Below, in pieces: positions 22,648 to 36,617 of a stretch of 64,000 nt of DNA. The stretch is from NCBI GenBank assembly GCA_964035575.1, contig OZ037838.1:496001-560000 (forward strand). Reading direction: 5' to 3'. Below the pieces are notes generated by a model. The model saw nothing but the letters and a program-made list of their open reading frames with translations. It was not told the origin of the DNA and did no database searches. The translations under genes and the position numbers were made by a program. Origin of the DNA: Rhynchopus sp. YZ270_cl-10. Lineage: Eukaryota. Within the stretch, counting starts at the first letter, position 1. Every line of letters starts with the position of its first letter.

Positions 22648-23087
22648 CAGTTGGACAAGAAACTTGGCGACCAAATAATATTGGCGGATTTTGGGGGTTT
22701 TCTTGTAATTGGCGACTTTTTTGGTCGCCAATATTACTTGGTAGGATAGTGGTTCTTAGTCACATTGGTTGGGAGGTAGTTTTTTTTTTCGCAATTTTTG
22801 GTAAAAATTTTGTGCCTCCATTCGACTCACCATGTGTATTTGTGGGTGGCGTGCGTGAGTGCGTGGCGCGGAGCTAATGTTCGACTTTTTTGAAAGATAC
22901 GCTGCACCTGGTGCACTGAAGGGGCACCTTTTTTGTACTTGTGATGAAATAATTGTACTTGTGCTTTTTGTACCAATATGAACCGTTTTCCCATCAAATA
23001 ACTTGGCGACCAAAAAATATTGGCGGATTTTGGGGGTTTTCTTGTAATTGGCGACTTTTTTGGTCGCCAATATTATTTGTCCAACTG
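22648..23087. mobile_element. Tc1/mariner-type MITE
   Basis: TIR cagttggacaa / ttgtccaactg flanked by TA; an internal ~75-bp direct repeat at about 22662 and 23001. Confidence 0.7.
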
Positions 23088-23699
23088 TATAAGAAACCTG
23101 AATGAGTGAGAACAGCTGGGACATGCGCCAACCACTGCCCCTGCAAGAGCAAAAGTGTCACGTGCCGTTCCCTCACCCCCCCTTCTTGTGGTTGTTTGAT
23201 GCGTTGACGATTCCACACACACCATCTGTCACCTGTTGGGTGGTGTTACGGAGCACAGTTAGGGTGAACGACGTGACATTTTCCGCTCACAAAGTAGCGC
23301 AACAAAGAGGGTGGGGTGTGAGGACAATACTGAGATAAAAAAAAAGAAAAATATTCATTTAGAGTGTTGATACGGGTCAGCCGGACAGGCTCTCGGTCTG
23401 TTGTGCTTTCCAACGCGTTATCTTACTTTCTTTTTTTGTATTTGATGAACTCTGAGCAATGCAGGGCTCTGTGGAACAACACAGTGAGCCACCCCTGCAG
23501 TGACCAGATCTATCTCTCGACCTGTTTTTTTTTCCCCTGAAATTTTGGTGGAGTTTAAACCATACTAAATACCACTAAACTCCACCAAATTTCAGGAAAA
23601 ATCTGGTGAATCTTAGCAGTGCAAAACTATGTGCATTTTGTTGTGTCGACCATCGCCCCAAAGATGGCAAGCCAGTATTTAATTGGATTTTATTAATTG

Positions 23700-24075
23700 C
23701 ATGGATGTCCAAAGTACTTGAAGTATATCAAGTACTTGATCCCCCAAAAAACCCAATACTTGATACTTCAAGTACTTGACACCCTATTTTTTTTTCTAGT
23801 ACTTTTTGATCAAGTACAAAAAAAAAGTGGGCACTTGATCAAGTACTTGACGTTTTTTTGCGAAAACAAGTACTTGACAGACTCTGCCAGAGGGTAAAAA
23901 AGTAAAAAAAGTACGAGAAAAAAAAATAGGGTATCAGGTACTTGATTTCTGTCAAGTACTTGATCAATCTTCAAGTACTTGACTGTCATTTTGAGAGGAA
24001 AAAAAAGGGGGGTCAAGTACTTCAAGTACCATAAAAAATCCGAAAAAAGTACTTCAAGTACTTTGGACATCCATG
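23700..24075. mobile_element. Nested MITE rich in AAGTACTT palindromes
   Basis: 26-bp TIR catggatgtccaaagtacttgaagta; 6-bp direct repeat taattg on both sides. Confidence 0.8.
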
Positions 24076-24185
24076 TAATTGGATTTAATTGTATTTTATT
24101 GGATTTTATTATCCGTATTTTTTAATTAAATCCAATTAAAAGTATCTCCCTCCAGTAGACCAATTAAATCCAATAAAATTTAATC

Positions 24186-24968
24186 AAATCCAGTGAGTGG
24201 GGGGTTAGAAGGAAAAGCTGGAAAAAGTTGGCAGAGAAACCTGCACACCTGTCCCACCCCCCAAGCGCACCTACCTCTTGACTTACAAAGTTACTACAGT
24301 GAAATACAATACAATACAGTACAATACAAACAGACCACCTGATTTTTACCCCGCATATAGGCACGTACAGGTGCGTATAGGTCCGTACGGGTTTGCGGGT
24401 TTGCGCATAGGTGCGTATAGGTCCGTACGGGTTTGCGGGTTTGCGCATAGGTGCGTATAGGTCCGTACGGGTTTGCGGGTTTGCGCATAGGTGCGTATAG
24501 GTCCGTACGGGTTTGCGGGTTTGCGCATAGGTGCGTATAGGTCCGTACGGGTTTGCGGGTTTGCGCATAGGTGCGTATAGGTCCGTACGGGTTTGCGGGT
24601 TTGCGCATAGGTGCGTATAGGTCCGTACGGGTTTGCGGGTTTGCGCATAGGTGCGTATAGGTCCGTACGGGTTTGCGGGTTTGCGCATAGGTGCGTATAG
24701 GTCCGTACGGGTTTGCGGGTTTGCGCATAGGTGCGTATAGGTCCGTAGAGGACCGTCTAGGTACATATAGGGAATATACGCACCTGTACGTGCCTATATG
24801 CGGGGTAAAAATCAGGTGGTCTGTTTGTATTGTACTGTATTGTATTGTATTTCACTGTAGTAACTTTGTAAGTCAAGAGGTAGGTGCGCTTGGGGGGTGG
24901 GACAGGTGTGCAGGTTTCTCTGCCAACTTTTTCCAGCTTTTCCTTCTAAACCCCCACTCACTGGATTT
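24186..24968. repeat. Foldback: ~190-bp inverted arms around a 40-bp minisatellite
   Basis: Arms at about 24186-24378 and 24776-24968; unit gtgcgtataggtccgtacgggtttgcgggtttgcgcatag occurs 9 times plus a partial copy at 24371-24747. Confidence 0.9.
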
Positions 24969-25546
24969 AATTGGATTTAATTGGATTTTATTAGATTTTA
25001 TTGGATTTAATTGGATTTTATTGGATTAAATAGATTTTATTATTTGGACCCTGGATTTAATCCATCTTTGCATCGCCCCCAGGTGACGCATGGACCGTCA
25101 CCCAAAGGTGATTGCACTGAAAGAATACAAGACGAAATTCGTCTGAAGCTCAAGAAAGTATCCCACCTCATCCATACACCCGCTGCCTTCCCCCTCTCCC
25201 CTCATGTCGTGGAAACGACAGTAGCTAGGGAAGGAAGGTAGGTCTTATGTGGTCAAAAAAAAAGGGGGGGAGAAAAGGTTGGTGAGGTGAACTACGCGCT
25301 CGCATGCTTCGCCGTTGTGACGAAAGGACGGTTGGGTGGTTTGGGAGGGTGTTTTGAACGACACTTTTTTGTAAGGGAGTTTAAAGAAAAAAAAATTAAA
25401 CATGCCACACACCGAAGGGGGGTTAAGTTAACACATGACACCCCTGTTTGTTCTATCCTGCCCTGGGCCACGCCAGACGTACGACAAGAGCAAGAAGGGA
25501 ACGTAAAGGGGCGCCCAATTGGGACACTGCAGCAGTGGAGACGGTG

Positions 25547-25670
25547 AATATAAAAATATAAAAAGAGAGAAAATCTTTAATAAGATGATCTTAAGCCTCT
25601 CGTTGCTTAGCTACCTTGAAATGAAAGACCACAATTGGTATCGCACAGCTTCAGCTGGCTGTGTCTGGAA
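25547..25670 (-). mobile_element. Short diverged 3'-end copy of retroposon family B
   Basis: Contains the stem-loop and tatcgcacagc.tcagctg; flanked by a 14-bp direct repeat cagtggagacggtg (25533-25546 and 25671-25684). Confidence 0.65.
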
Positions 25671-25975
25671 CAGTGGAGACGGTGGGAGAAAAGAGAAAAG
25701 TTGAAAAAGCCGTGGCATGCGTAGGAGTGCCTTACCATCGACGAATGCATGTTTTTTTTAAAAAAAATATTGTTGATTGACCGCGACACAGCAGTTCTTT
25801 TGTTCTGTTTCTTTTTTTTTATGAAAATTTTTTTTGCTGTGTCAACAATCGGTAACTAAGGGTCTGTACTCAATATTGCACGAAGCCTTTTAGTACTAGG
25901 TATAGCACGTAGTAGCTCCTCGTTTCTTTTTCACGGTCACCGCCAATAGAGCAATGGGAAGGGGAAGGTTATATA

Positions 25976-26090
25976 CCGTAATCGTAAAAATTCTGAACCG
26001 TATAATACTTGGACCGTAAAAATTCTGGAACTTTTTGGGTTTTTTGGCAAACTGGAACATTTTTACGGTCCACAATCTTTACGATTACGG
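25976..26090. mobile_element. Small MITE with TA flanks
   Basis: TIR ccgtaatcgtaaa / tttacgattacgg with TA on both sides. Confidence 0.6.
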
Positions 26091-27088
26091 TAGGTAAACA
26101 AGAGAACAGTTGATGCAGACACCTCTCTGACCCACGAACGATGCCATCCTAGGACGAAGGCAAAAATGCTCGAGAGACTCGTTACTCTTTGCTTGTTGCT
26201 CAAAAGGCTAAAAAACGGGAAGAGGAAAAATTAAGGTTGTTTGTTGTTTGCTTCCACAGGCAAAAATAGAATAAACTTAACACTCATCACACGATAAAAC
26301 CCATGGGAGACAGGTTGTGAAACGCACCACTTCGACCTGTTTGTGGATCTGCGGCGCGGTTCGTCCCCAGAACCGCAAAAGTGTGTTCAAAATGCTTTTG
26401 TTTATATTTCCTCCTTCAGGTAACAAAGATAAATTAGTAGGACGCAGTCCCAAGCCCTGCGTCCTAAGGCTGAAGACATCCAACCCGCATCGCATGGATT
26501 TATAGCTTTAGTGCCTCGCACTTTTTGTTATGAAAATGGGGAGGAGGAGGGGGGAGAGGAGGAGGAGGAGGAGGAGGGCAAGAGGACACAACTGAAGACT
26601 CGGCCCCGTGGAAACGGGGGCGTTTTCTTTTTCCCGCAGTCCCATGGTGTCAGGGGTTCTTAGGGAACGCAGACCATTTTCAGTTCTTTTTTTTGAATTG
26701 TTGGATTAGTGTAGTTGTGTTGCCACAGTTGTGCAATCTCCACTATTTTTTTTTTTGCTGTATCGACAATCAATCTGTCTGAAGACGGGTTATGTACACA
26801 ATAATGTTAAAATAAAAATTGGTTGTATTAGTGTAAAAATCACACAAGGCTATGCTGTGCCATTTTGTATTTATTTTTTTAAATTTTTTTGATAAAACTG
26901 TTGGAGTAGTGTAGTTGCCTCGGTTTGTGTTGCCACAGTTTGTGCAAATCTCCACTATTTTTGTTGCTACTATTTTCTCCCCCAGAACCTCTCAATCAGC
27001 ACGGCGACGACAGAGCGACCCACTACATATTCTTCCTCATCGTGGGACGTTGATGCAGGCTCGCGCATTAACAACTATATTTTTGACA

Positions 27089-30000
27089 TCACGACTTCAG
27101 TACTTGGGCTATTTGCCGTTGCTTTATCGCCTGTAGAGGGAGCACGAAGGGTTTTTTGATGATTTGGTTGCTTATAACACATTGTACCCTGTCTCTAGAA
27201 CACTTTATAATATTATTGAAAGAGGGGGAGTATGTCAACATTCAATGAACTGATTAGCATATAGGGATCAACAAAAAATGTTACCAAATAATTAAGATAT
27301 TCTTTCAATCGAAAGATGGAGTTTTTTGTCCACCAGCGTCGTCTCCTCTTGTTTACCAACCAAAGAAAAATAAAGAAGAAATAGAAACTTAACACTCATC
27401 ACACGATAAAACCCATGGGAGAGGTTGTGGTGAAACGCACACACCTCGACCTGTTTTGGTGAGGAGTGGCTCTGCAGCGCGGTTCGTCCCTAGAACCGCA
27501 AAGTGTGTTCAAAATGCTTTTGTATTTCCTCCTTCATTTCATGAGGCGACAAAGAAAAAAAAAACGCACAATACCTGCGCTGGCCACCACGATCCAAGCA
27601 CCGCAGCGAAGATCGCTTCCACAAACACCGTCGCCAGCAGCGCCCAGGGCATCTGTATTTCTAACGGAAGCTCCAAGAACATATTGTACTGCGCGGTCAG
27701 CGTGACCGCTATTGCGATGCCTATGATTGACCCAAAGGCGAATGCACAGAGCACTGTGCACAACGCCTCGTACACAAACGCACGCACAAGCTGACTGCAG
27801 CTAAACCCCAACGACCGCATCACCGCAAACATCCATTGGTTGTGACTCACATTGTCTGTAAACGATATCCACAACAGCAATATGTTCAGAAACAGAGAGA
27901 CTGCGCTCATTGAGTAAAAGAACGCCATCAAAATGTCGATTGCGACGTGAGTGGAGTCAATCAGCTCCGCTGTGTCGAGAACAACGTGCTTTTCACGGTG
28001 CAAAAAGCTCTTCAACTCTGAAACCACCGCCTCACGGTCGGCATCAGACGTATCATCAGCGAACCTAACAAACAATCTCTGCATTTTTGTGATATTCTGC
28101 CCCACATATGCTTCCGTAGTACAGTCATCTAAGACCTTCGTGAACGAAGGAATCGACATCAACAACGGCGATCCTTTCAATAGGAAGGCATAAGACGATG
28201 CACCGGTCAACCACCCCGGCAGCTTTGAAATTAATGCTCTCGGCTGTGCCAAATAATGCCCCGCCAACGTTTCCACGGTCTGATCGCCTTCGAGATATAG
28301 CATCATAAATCGAAGCGTGTTTTCGACGTTCAAACTCATTGTGTCCTTGGCAGCGTAGGAAGCGATGACTGGTACTAAATTTTCGTATTTAACGTGAATA
28401 TCGACGTGGGTTTCTTCGGGGGGGATGCCGGAATAGATTTGCGGTGGTCTATATGTAGTGTCTGCACGGTAGGATGAATACAAAGACGCAAAGAGCTCAT
28501 CTCGCGCGACACCTCCCTGAAGTTCTTGAATTATGAAGAAATCGTCGTACACTGCCTCAAGGTAGCGAATATCAATGCCAACTGGGGCAAGCGAAATCAT
28601 CGGAAAGCTTAGCATATTGGAGACCTCAATAGAATCGATGAAGGTGTATTCGGTAATACGAAACGTTGAAAACGCCCAGGATTTGATCATAGGATTTTCT
28701 GCCGCCCTTTTTTGCAAAAATTCTTCTAACTCCTTATGCGGAAGAGGCTCATCTATATCAAGCGAACGCACCTGAATGTCAGACCCAACAGCAAGACGAA
28801 TATTATTCTCAATCGATTCTGCCTGCAAAGTGAACACCACCCCACCAAAGATTATGCTTGCTGTGCTGATTGCGAACATCACAAACGTTTTTGACGATCT
28901 TTCCCTATGTGCTGTCAAATTCTTTGAAACCAAAGTGCCTAAACGGCGTTCCGGACCCCAAAGGAGAAGTTTCAAACACATCTTCTCTGACATGCTTTGT
29001 AGGGTCATGCTAATAATGCACAGGCCAAACAGCATGCACAACAGAATCATCAAAAGGATGAAGAAAAACAACCATAATTCATCAAAAATGAATGAATAAG
29101 GCATCATGTAGTATACAGTGAACCCAGACACTACTAAAAAGAGGGCCAAACAGGTTTGCCACAGCTTTAACCCCATTGATTCTAGCTTGGTCATGGTAAC
29201 GCTTGTCACGGAGGAGGATTGATGAGATATGTCGAGGGCAGCGCGTAGTGTGTTTCCTAATGCTCTGCGAATCGGTATGATGTTTGCAGCGATTGGGACG
29301 ACAAAACCTAAAGTGATCGGTATGCCTACTGCAAGATCCCGCATTTTCCCGTATTCTGGATCAAATCCCGAATATACACTAAGCTTCTTCTCAATCACAA
29401 TCGAACCAATCAGAGCAAAGAACATCCCCAATGCGACCCCGGGGATTGCAAAAGAGAGGGCCTGGATTGAGATCAGATTGATCAAATGCGTTTTTCTAAA
29501 TCCTAATGCACGTAACATGCCGTGTTCATAGGTGCGTTTGCTTATTGATGCCATAAGAAGCGAATAGATCAGAATACAGCCAAGAATCATGATGGTAATA
29601 ACAATACAGTTGAAGATCTGATCGAGGAAGAGGCGGAGATAGGCGAAACCAACCATCGCATTTGGTAGAGGGTATTCGAGAGTGTCGTTGGTACGGTCGC
29701 CCATTAGGAGGACGATTTCGTCGCTGGCTTGGACAACATCGAGTTGCATTTCCTTCGCGCTTTTCATGAAGATATCTTTTCTGTTTTCAAACAGCGCCTG
29801 AATCAATACTGCATATTCATCCAGCTTGACAGCCTCTGCGATGGTGCGCAACTCTGGTAACGCAATCCCCGCAGTCTTTTCAAAAGACCTCCTCTGATTG
29901 AAGTAGCATATCTGCTCCATGACCGTCCGCACCAAATGATGTGAGTCAATCACAATCGCATTTCCAATCGCAGCAGGGTACTTCCCCTCTGACAGCGAAA

Positions 30001-30832
30001 TCTCCCCAACCACGTCTAGGTCTAACTGTATGACTGGAAGCGTGGGCTTGCTTTTGACCTGACCAGAGGTTTCGTCTCGCGTATCCAAAGAGCCAGCTGA
30101 AGCTCCAAAACCAAATGCGTCTAAGATGTCGACCTCAGTCTCCGCCCCGTAGTCATCAACAAAACGCTGGAAATCGATTGTAACAACAATGTGCTCACCT
30201 ACCTCTGCTTGAATCCCTAGTTGGCGGAGCATGGTGTCCTTAACGTGCGCTTCTCCTTCACCAAGGACCCGGTGTCCCCAGGTTCTTCCAATGTTTTGTG
30301 CTTCTTCGTTTCTGCTGTTTAAGACCAAAACTGTGCAGCCGACGGAGGAATTTTGTCCGTATTTCCTGCGCGCGCTAGCGGTGATGAACCAGCGAGGCGC
30401 GGTGCGCACCTTAGTTTCATTGAGAAGAGCACGGCGTGCGGTGTAGTTGAGGAAGGGGTTGGAGGAGTGGGTCATATCACTGAGCATCATCATGTCCATT
30501 TCGCCTGTCTTCTCTTCGGCAAGCTTGATGAAAAGGACCGGAGATTTGCCTATAGCATCGAGGATGAGTGCAGAGATGCCTACTACAGTGAAGACTGCGA
30601 AGAGACCAATGACATATTCTAGTGGCCGTTTGCGAACCTCAGCGACAGTCATTTTTGCAGAAAGCTTGCACGCTGCTGCCATTCCAGCAAAGACCCCACC
30701 CTCCACATCAGCATCGTCATCCTCACTTCTTGCCAACGGCCGCTCCGCCATCGACCCCTGGCTCCCATTCGAGCGGGCCCCCGCACTTTGTGGTCGTGAC
30801 GCCGGGGTAAAAGCACTCCGGTCCGTCGCCAT
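27089..30832 (-). CDS. FtsX/MacB-like ABC transporter permease; exons 30832-27575 and 27130-27089
   Basis: Two FtsX-type membrane modules (RTYEHGMLRALG...; NQWMFAVMRSLG...YEAL); CAG|GTATTG donor at 27574 and CTACAG| acceptor at 27131 give ...WWPAQ-AIKQRQIAQVLKS*. First ATG at 30832. Confidence 0.85.
27389..27550. repeat. ~160-bp dispersed repeat inside the permease intron
   Basis: Related copies at about 26279-26420 (direct) and 36068-36235 (inverted). Confidence 0.75.
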
Positions 30833-31356
30833 CTGCTCTTGAGGAAAGCAAGAATGCCGCTGTGTTACCAACGCCCGTGGTCCTTTGTCCTCCTCTTCCT
30901 CCACTCCCTTCAAGAACGCAAAGAAAAGCGAACTAATTTTGGGTTTTTAAAGAACGAAGAAGAAAATGTATTTTCTTTAGCAGATGAGAGGCGGGTGATC
31001 GAAGATTCGTGGGAGTTGGATGCACGCGAAAAGACAGTCGGCGCTGACAATCACAAAGGCGGACGCAACGATGAGGAGGAGGAACACACCGTAGCACGGA
31101 AGCCCCAGCATGCACGGCGGTGTGGTGGGTCCCTTTGTTGTCTTTTTCTTTTGAAAGGGCTTTATGTTAGTTTGTGCTTTTCACTCTACGCAGTCGCTTA
31201 AAATGCGGAATACTGTACGCAACGAGAGAGAGAGCGGGGGGAGAGAGAAAGCAGGAGTGTATGAAAAGGGTAAATGGAGGGCAAAAAAAAATGTGTTGTC
31301 TGTGGGGAAAACGGTGCTGGGTGGTGGGGGTGGGGGGGTAGGGAGCTAGGTACACG

Positions 31357-31507
31357 ACGTTGAAGTAAATTACTTTACTTGTGGTTTTACATGTCATTTT
31401 TTTGTGTTTAAGCTGTACGCTTACGTTTTTACGTGTACCACAAGTAAACTATTTTCACAAGTAAAATGACATGTAAAACCACAAGTAAAGTCATTTACTT
31501 CAACGTG
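31357..31507. mobile_element. Small palindromic MITE-like element
   Basis: ~44-bp inverted arms acgttgaagtaaat.actttacttgtggttttacatgtcatttt. Confidence 0.6.
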
Positions 31508-34315
31508 TAGTGCCATACGTCTCCACCCACGCTCTGAAGACCATACTATTCAAATAAAACGATGACCGTATTGTACAAAGTGTCGTGGGACCGCTTTTGG
31601 AGGGGTTTGAGCGTTTGAGACTTTGTTGGCATGTTAGTTCGTCTTATTGGCAGTTTTTTCCAGAATACCACCTTAGCATTTTTAAAGAGGATGGGGGGGA
31701 GGGACGTTCAGTTTCTACTGTTTTGTTTCGGTTGTATTGGGTTTTTTTTTTTTGTATTTGCTTTCGTTCGAAGAGCTCGTAATTCAAGAACGGGGGAGAA
31801 AGGGGAGAGTGGCTGAGGCTTATTTTGGAAAGACTGAATACACTTTAAAAGAAAACATTGTGAGATATCTTGCGTGCACATACACATACACATCAACAAA
31901 TAAAGGGAAAGTTAAACAACAAAACTAATGGGCGGGGAGGGAGCTAAATCTCGATCACTTGAAAGACGGGAAAATGCTTCCCTTTTGCGTTGAAGTGAAA
32001 ACACATACACACATTGGGGCCACATTATGCGCAAGAAGTACCCCTATTAGTCATCACACACACTATGGGCAATGTTCTCTTCCTAGAAATTGCCCACAAC
32101 TGCTTTCACACAACACACAGTGGGCTATATTCCTGATACTCAGGGGATAACCTAACCCCTAATAGCAAACACATACACACACTATGGGTGATATGTTGCC
32201 CCTCAGAAATACCCACATCTGCTTTTAAACACACAAACACACGACGCCAGACCATCACCTTCCCTTGAAGGGAAGGTACAGATTTTGTGTTTGACCACAT
32301 GCTTTATTACATTATTTCACCCACAGAGTAAAGACATCTACAGTGATAGAGGCGGGGCTAGGAACTATGCTCGAGGTAACAAAGAAGGCTTTGGAAGGGA
32401 TGGATGTGACCCATCTTCAAAAGTATGCCTAAGGGGGGGGGGGAAACCAGGATGCACGTTAGATGGGGGTGGCAAGGGAATCTAGGTTGTATGGTACGTG
32501 CTCGGCCCCGACTGAATACCGTATTATTCGTATTAGACAGTGTTATACGGTACTATACGGTGCTGCTGGGGACTGAATACCGAACAATTCGTATAATTAA
32601 TTATACGAATTATTCAAATTTTGCAACCTAGGGTGGGGGGAATGAGGGGGTTCGGTGTGTTACAAGCAGAGCTACAGGGGGGTGTGCCTCGTAGGGCTGC
32701 CCTGATTGATCTTCCCAGTAACTGCCTTGAGTAAAATGATTAAGATAATATTTTCAGAAAGATGGAGTTTATGTCCACCAGCGTCGTCTCCTCCTTCTAA
32801 AAAAGTCTTTTATTTTTTTTGATAAAATTGTTGGATGTAGTGTAGTTGCCTCGGTTGTGTTGCCACAGTTGTGCAATCTCCACTGTCTTTTTTTGCAAAT
32901 AAAAATTTGGGTACAGCGTGAGTAACAAAAAGCTTTTTTCACAAACCAAAAAAAAAGGGCGTTTGCACACCTGGAAACAAGACGGGTGCTTCTCGTGCAC
33001 ATATCCAAAAAAAAAAAGGGGGGGTGGGATTGAGTACAAACACTTCGGGACCTAGGCACCTGACGTGCCGTGTGTTATCGAACCCCATAGTGCTTTGCTA
33101 GGTTGCTTATTAGGAAAACAGAACAAAACAAAACAAAAAAACAGGATTGCAATCTTGAACTTCCATATTTAAAATACTGTGACCCGCAAGATATATGAAC
33201 TGTGAAAATGATACAACTCAGAAAAAATCGAAGTTCCACAACTTTTACGGTCCATATCCTTTACGGCTACGGTATTTAATAAAAAGAAGCAAAACCTTTT
33301 GGTTTTGGTAAGATGAACATAATTCTCGCATCTTTGAAAAAGGGTGGATATTTTGAAGTTGTTTTTAGCGACACCTCCAATGGATGTACAAGTGGTGTGG
33401 CTGACGACCCCAAAATAGCAGAAAATAGCAGAAAATAGCCCCAAAATAGCACCCCCCTTCAGCCACACCAACAAGACGAAAGAAAACGACAGAGGGGGGA
33501 AAAGGGGAATAAAGAAATGAACGTGTTACACTGACACAGTCATTATGTCGCACAACAAAAGAAAGAAAAGTTTTTGTGCACATCGTGAACAAAAAAATTC
33601 ATTTGTAGGCAGGAGACCTGCTACTGTCTATTATTACTGAATTTTTAGACAGACATCGGGAAAAGAGAGAAAAGTTTATAAGATGACCCTGAGCCTCTCG
33701 TGCTAAGTCACCTTAAAGACGTTGTGCAAAGTGCAAACGCCTCACCGTACATCGGCGTGACGCAGGCATTGAAAAAAGAAAGAAAAAGTTTATAAGATGA
33801 CCCTAAGCCTCTCGTGTTATAGTCACCTTTAAAAAAAATGTGAAGTTGAAAAACGTACCAACACAGCTTACAAGGCAGCTACTTCCTACTCGGCCTGCAT
33901 GGGAGGGTGGGTATCGAATAGGGGTGAAAGGGTAGGATCCAAGCTTGTCATACTTGGCCATCTGGAAAAAGAGCAAAAGGTCGAAAGAAGATGCTATGTC
34001 TTGCGTGCATGCACATCTAAAAGGGTTTTGGGGGAGGGTTGAAATTTCGCACGAGGAGCATGTGTGTTTTGTTTTTTTTGAAAACTTTGACAACGTGTAC
34101 CGAACGGCAATCCACGTTTGACCAAGTTCTTAGGAAATGACTGACCCCATCACACGCACAAAGATATTTTCTATCGAAAGATGGGGTGTTTGCCAGCGTC
34201 GTCTCCAAAATAAAATTCTAACACCCCCTATGTGGCAAGGCATAATTCTCATACCCGAGCAAAACTTTATTTTAACACCTCGTCCCGAGTTTTTGTCCGA
34301 GAATGCGATTACTAA

Positions 34316-34682
34316 TTAGTTACTCCACTAAATAAATCGAGCAAAAATATGGTGAACTCAGCGGAGCCCGGTTTTAAAAGTGCCAAAAACGACCTTTTCG
34401 TTTTGACGCGTTGTGAGTTCCTCAAATGCAATTTTGAAGGGTAAAAAATTCGGGTTTTCTAAGCACATGCAGTGCTAAGTTAAAAAAAATCGCGAAAAAA
34501 AAATACAAAAATTTTGTGTTGGAAGCTCGGAACCCAGAAACGTCCAATGGTGAAGTTTTTTTCTGGTTTCGTTGCACCCTGTATTTTTACTTAAAAATCA
34601 AGACAAAGTGATTTTTACCTGGATTTTTGCCTGTATTTTACTAGGGATTTTCCCTTAGTAAAATACAGGGGAATTATCTTTA
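34316..34682 (-). repeat. Inverted copy of the repeat at 177-530
   Basis: Direct sequence match by eye. Confidence 0.8.
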
Positions 34683-34760
34683 GTTAGTTAAAAGAGCAGA
34701 GCGACAGCCACGCATCGTGAGTGTTCACTGCTTTTTTTTTTTGCAAGGCTACTCTAATAC

Positions 34761-35272
34761 CAGGGTCCTAGCTTGGTTTTGAAAAAAAATGCCAAATCTG
34801 GGTCAGAATTTTTTTTTTGGGTCAGCAGAGGTTTTGGGCCTTGGGGGGCTTGTCTTGGCTTTTTTGGGTTTTCCGAGCTCTACCCTCACTGTGGTGGGGT
34901 CATTTCAGAAAAATGGACAAGTTCTTGACTGATACAAATTTTGGTCACTACGACTAGTGAGTTGCTCACAACGTTAAATGGAACTCTACTATAACCATAA
35001 AAATCACTCCCCGTTCATAGATCACCCAACACAAAATATATAAAATGGCGCCGCAGGCAAAAAAAATTGGGCCCAGCCCTGGACGGTGCCGGATTTTTTT
35101 GTCGATATTTTTTTCTTACCCCAGAAATGGTGGTGGGCCCCCCAAAGAGGGAAAAAAATCAGAATTTCCCAATTTCCAAATTAATTAATTCCCTTTTTTT
35201 TTTTTTTTCGTGGGTCGCGACCCAGGCACTTGGGTCAGCTTGACCCACTGACCCAGGCAAGCTAGGACTCTG
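34761..35272. mobile_element. hAT-like MITE
   Basis: TIR cagggtcctagcttg / caagctaggactctg; flanking direct repeat ctaatac (7-8 bp); internal segments recur inverted at about 59051-59162 and 58580-58640. Confidence 0.65.
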
Positions 35273-36617
35273 CTAATACCCAATGACTTTGCATCATAGT
35301 TGCATGACTCTACACACACCACACCAAAACACTGCGGTGTCAATAGCTAATCTTCACACAGGGAAAACGGGAAACGAAATCGGGGGAGAGTTTGTTAGTT
35401 TGTACGCTTCCACTGCTACTTAAAGCAAAAAAAAAAAAAAAAAAAAACCCCTACCGGCAGGGATGTTGCTAAACCGCGTAGTGGAATTCCAAAATCCTTG
35501 AGAGGTCGTTTTTTTTACGGGAAATTTTACGTGGGAAAATCCTTTTTTTTCCGGGAAATTTTGAGGAGTCTTTTTTTTTTTACGGGAAAATTCTGTAGGG
35601 TTGACCCGGGAGGCTGTACCTTCAATTTTTTTTTTTTTTGCCTGCGGCACCAGTTTTCATTTTTTTGCTCCGCAAAAAAGGGTTCGTTGAGTGACTCTGT
35701 GGTGTAAATAGCTATATTTTTACACCGTGCCCTATATTTTTTTTCGCCTGCGGCGCCATTTTATATTATTTTTTTTTGCTCCGCAAAAAAAAAATACAGT
35801 TCCGTATGTTCCCGATGGTACTTGTCTTCTGAAGGAAAAGTACAAAGTGAACGTGGGGGCAGTTTGCGTAGTTGCAAACTTTGCTGCATGTTGTGACCCC
35901 ACCATTTGACGGACAGAGCACGTCGAACCCAATAAGGAGTGAGAATGAAGGATATGGCCAAAGAAAAAAGTAGCGTACCGTGCGCCTGCGGCGCAAGCTT
36001 GCATTACACCCTTCTTATGATATAGTTTGGCTGTGAAAAAGGTGCAATTTTAAGCGCAATTTTTGAATGTCACCTCATGAAATGAAGGAGGAAATAGAAA
36101 CAAAGCATTTTGAACACACTCGCGGTTCTAGGGACGAACCGCGCTGCAGAGCCACTCCTCACCAAACAGGTCGAGGTGTGTGCGTTTCACCACAACCTCT
36201 CCCATGGGTTTTATCGTGTGATGAGTGTTAAGTTTCTATTTATGTGGCGTACCATGACTTCGCCAGAATGCGGTTTTCTCGAAGTTTTCTTGGAAAATGG
36301 GGACACTCTCGCACGGGTTTTGGAGGTTGCACCGGTCGTGCACTCCCGTCTTTGGTTGCTGTTGAACAAGGATTCTCTCTCCTGACCAAAAACGAAAGAA
36401 ATTGGACGTGGGGTCTCAAAATTTTCGGGGAAAACGGCATATTTAGCGATAAGTGTGTTCGAAACGTATCATGTGGGCAAAAAAAATCATGATTTTCACC
36501 TCCAGGGTCGAAAAATGTCCCTGATTCCTGTGTAAAAAAACCCGTAAAAAACCCCGAATTCCAAGCCCGAAAAGTGCGATTTTCGTAACTGTTTAGCGTC
36601 AGGTCTGCCTACCGGAT

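Larger units (their letters stand above)
23659..25070. mobile_element. hAT-like non-autonomous element with nested insertions
   Basis: TIR caaagatgg / ccatctttg; 8-bp TSD catcgccc at 23651-23658 and 25071-25078; internal ttggattt repeats. Confidence 0.75.

Noticed and set aside
24371..24747. CRISPR array
   Set aside because: The 40-bp units are identical and contiguous with no unique spacers; there are no cas genes and the context is eukaryotic.
31000..36600. Short ORFs in the AT-rich spacer
   Set aside because: They are homopolymer-rich, carry no domain motifs and overlap repeats.
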